Of a DNA stretch of 64,000 bases, positions 63,614-64,000 are shown piece by piece. The position numbers and the translations under genes are program-made. Location: assembly GCF_003704095.1 (NCBI RefSeq), contig NW_020843987.1:124001-188000 (forward strand), in the 5' to 3' direction. This stretch comes from Pocillopora damicornis. Its lineage: Eukaryota. The notes beneath the pieces are model-generated. The model ran no database searches. It was not told the DNA's origin and was given only the letters and a program-made list of their open reading frames with translations. Position 1 is the stretch's first letter. Every line of letters starts with the position of its first letter.

Positions 63614-64000
63614 ATGACCAATGTATCTCTTTCAGATGACGCTACAAGAAATGCGGATCTTCATTTACATACAATTTATCCGCCACCAGAAACACTGGGC
63701 TTTAAAATCCCAAAGATAGTCTTGTATTGTTCGATACTCCTCATCTGCACAACTGGAAACGCAATGCTAATAGCGGTAATTCTTAGCTCAAAGCGCATGA
63801 GGTCTCTGCCAAGTAACATTCTCATTTTAAATCTGGCTTTTGTTGACTTATTAACCTTGATTATGAGTATTCCCTTTGATGTTGTGGTGGAAGAGAACCA
63901 CTACATCTGGCCTTATGGAGATGCTTTGTGCAAGCTGTTGTTCCCTGCAGCTACTCTTCTTTCCACTTGTTCATCCCTCACTTTGGCCGCCATTTCGCTG
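63614..64000 (+). CDS. Class A GPCR, N-terminal 129 aa, truncated by the window end (GPCR-7)
   Basis: Open frame MTNVSLSDD...FKIPKIVLYCSILLICTTGNAML...MRSLPSNILILNLAFVDLL...SIPFDVVVEENHYIWPYGDALCKLLFP...SSLTLAAISL; absent from the ORF track. Confidence 0.9.
   Translation, partial: MTNVSLSDDATRNADLHLHTIYPPPETLGFKIPKIVLYCSILLICTTGNAMLIAVILSSKRMRSLPSNILILNLAFVDLLTLIMSIPFDVVVEENHYIWPYGDALCKLLFPAATLLSTCSSLTLAAISL

Noticed and set aside
1-64000. CRISPR arrays, operons or prokaryotic defence systems
   Set aside because: The sequence is eukaryotic with spliceosomal introns; no repeat-spacer array was seen.

Overview
AT-rich eukaryotic genomic DNA with GT-AG spliced genes. The repeat families suggest a scleractinian coral (inference). 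The left 25 kb holds three multi-exon genes reconstructed by hand: UTP23 (minus, 7 exons, 245 aa), head-to-head with SSR4/TRAP-delta (plus, 6 exons, 172 aa; 107 bp between the ATGs), and a PM20D1-like M20 hydrolase (minus, 12 exons, 506 aa). SSR4 introns carry at least three box C/D snoRNA candidates: one SNORD110-like guide for 18S rRNA and a paralogous pair whose guides differ by one nucleotide. The right 38 kb is a mixed-orientation cluster of single-exon rhodopsin-family (neuropeptide-receptor-like) GPCRs: five intact, one pseudogene and one cut by the window edge. Every copy whose TM6 is visible lacks the toggle Trp, and four intact copies end in E-[T/S]-x-C. Intergenic DNA contains TTAA-flanked MITEs, SINE-like remnants, Penelope-like fragments with minimal hammerhead motifs, and a 371-bp tRNA-like element with a 13-bp target duplication and permuted inverted-repeat architecture. 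There are two assembly gaps. Homology calls come from remembered reference sequences; no database searches were run.
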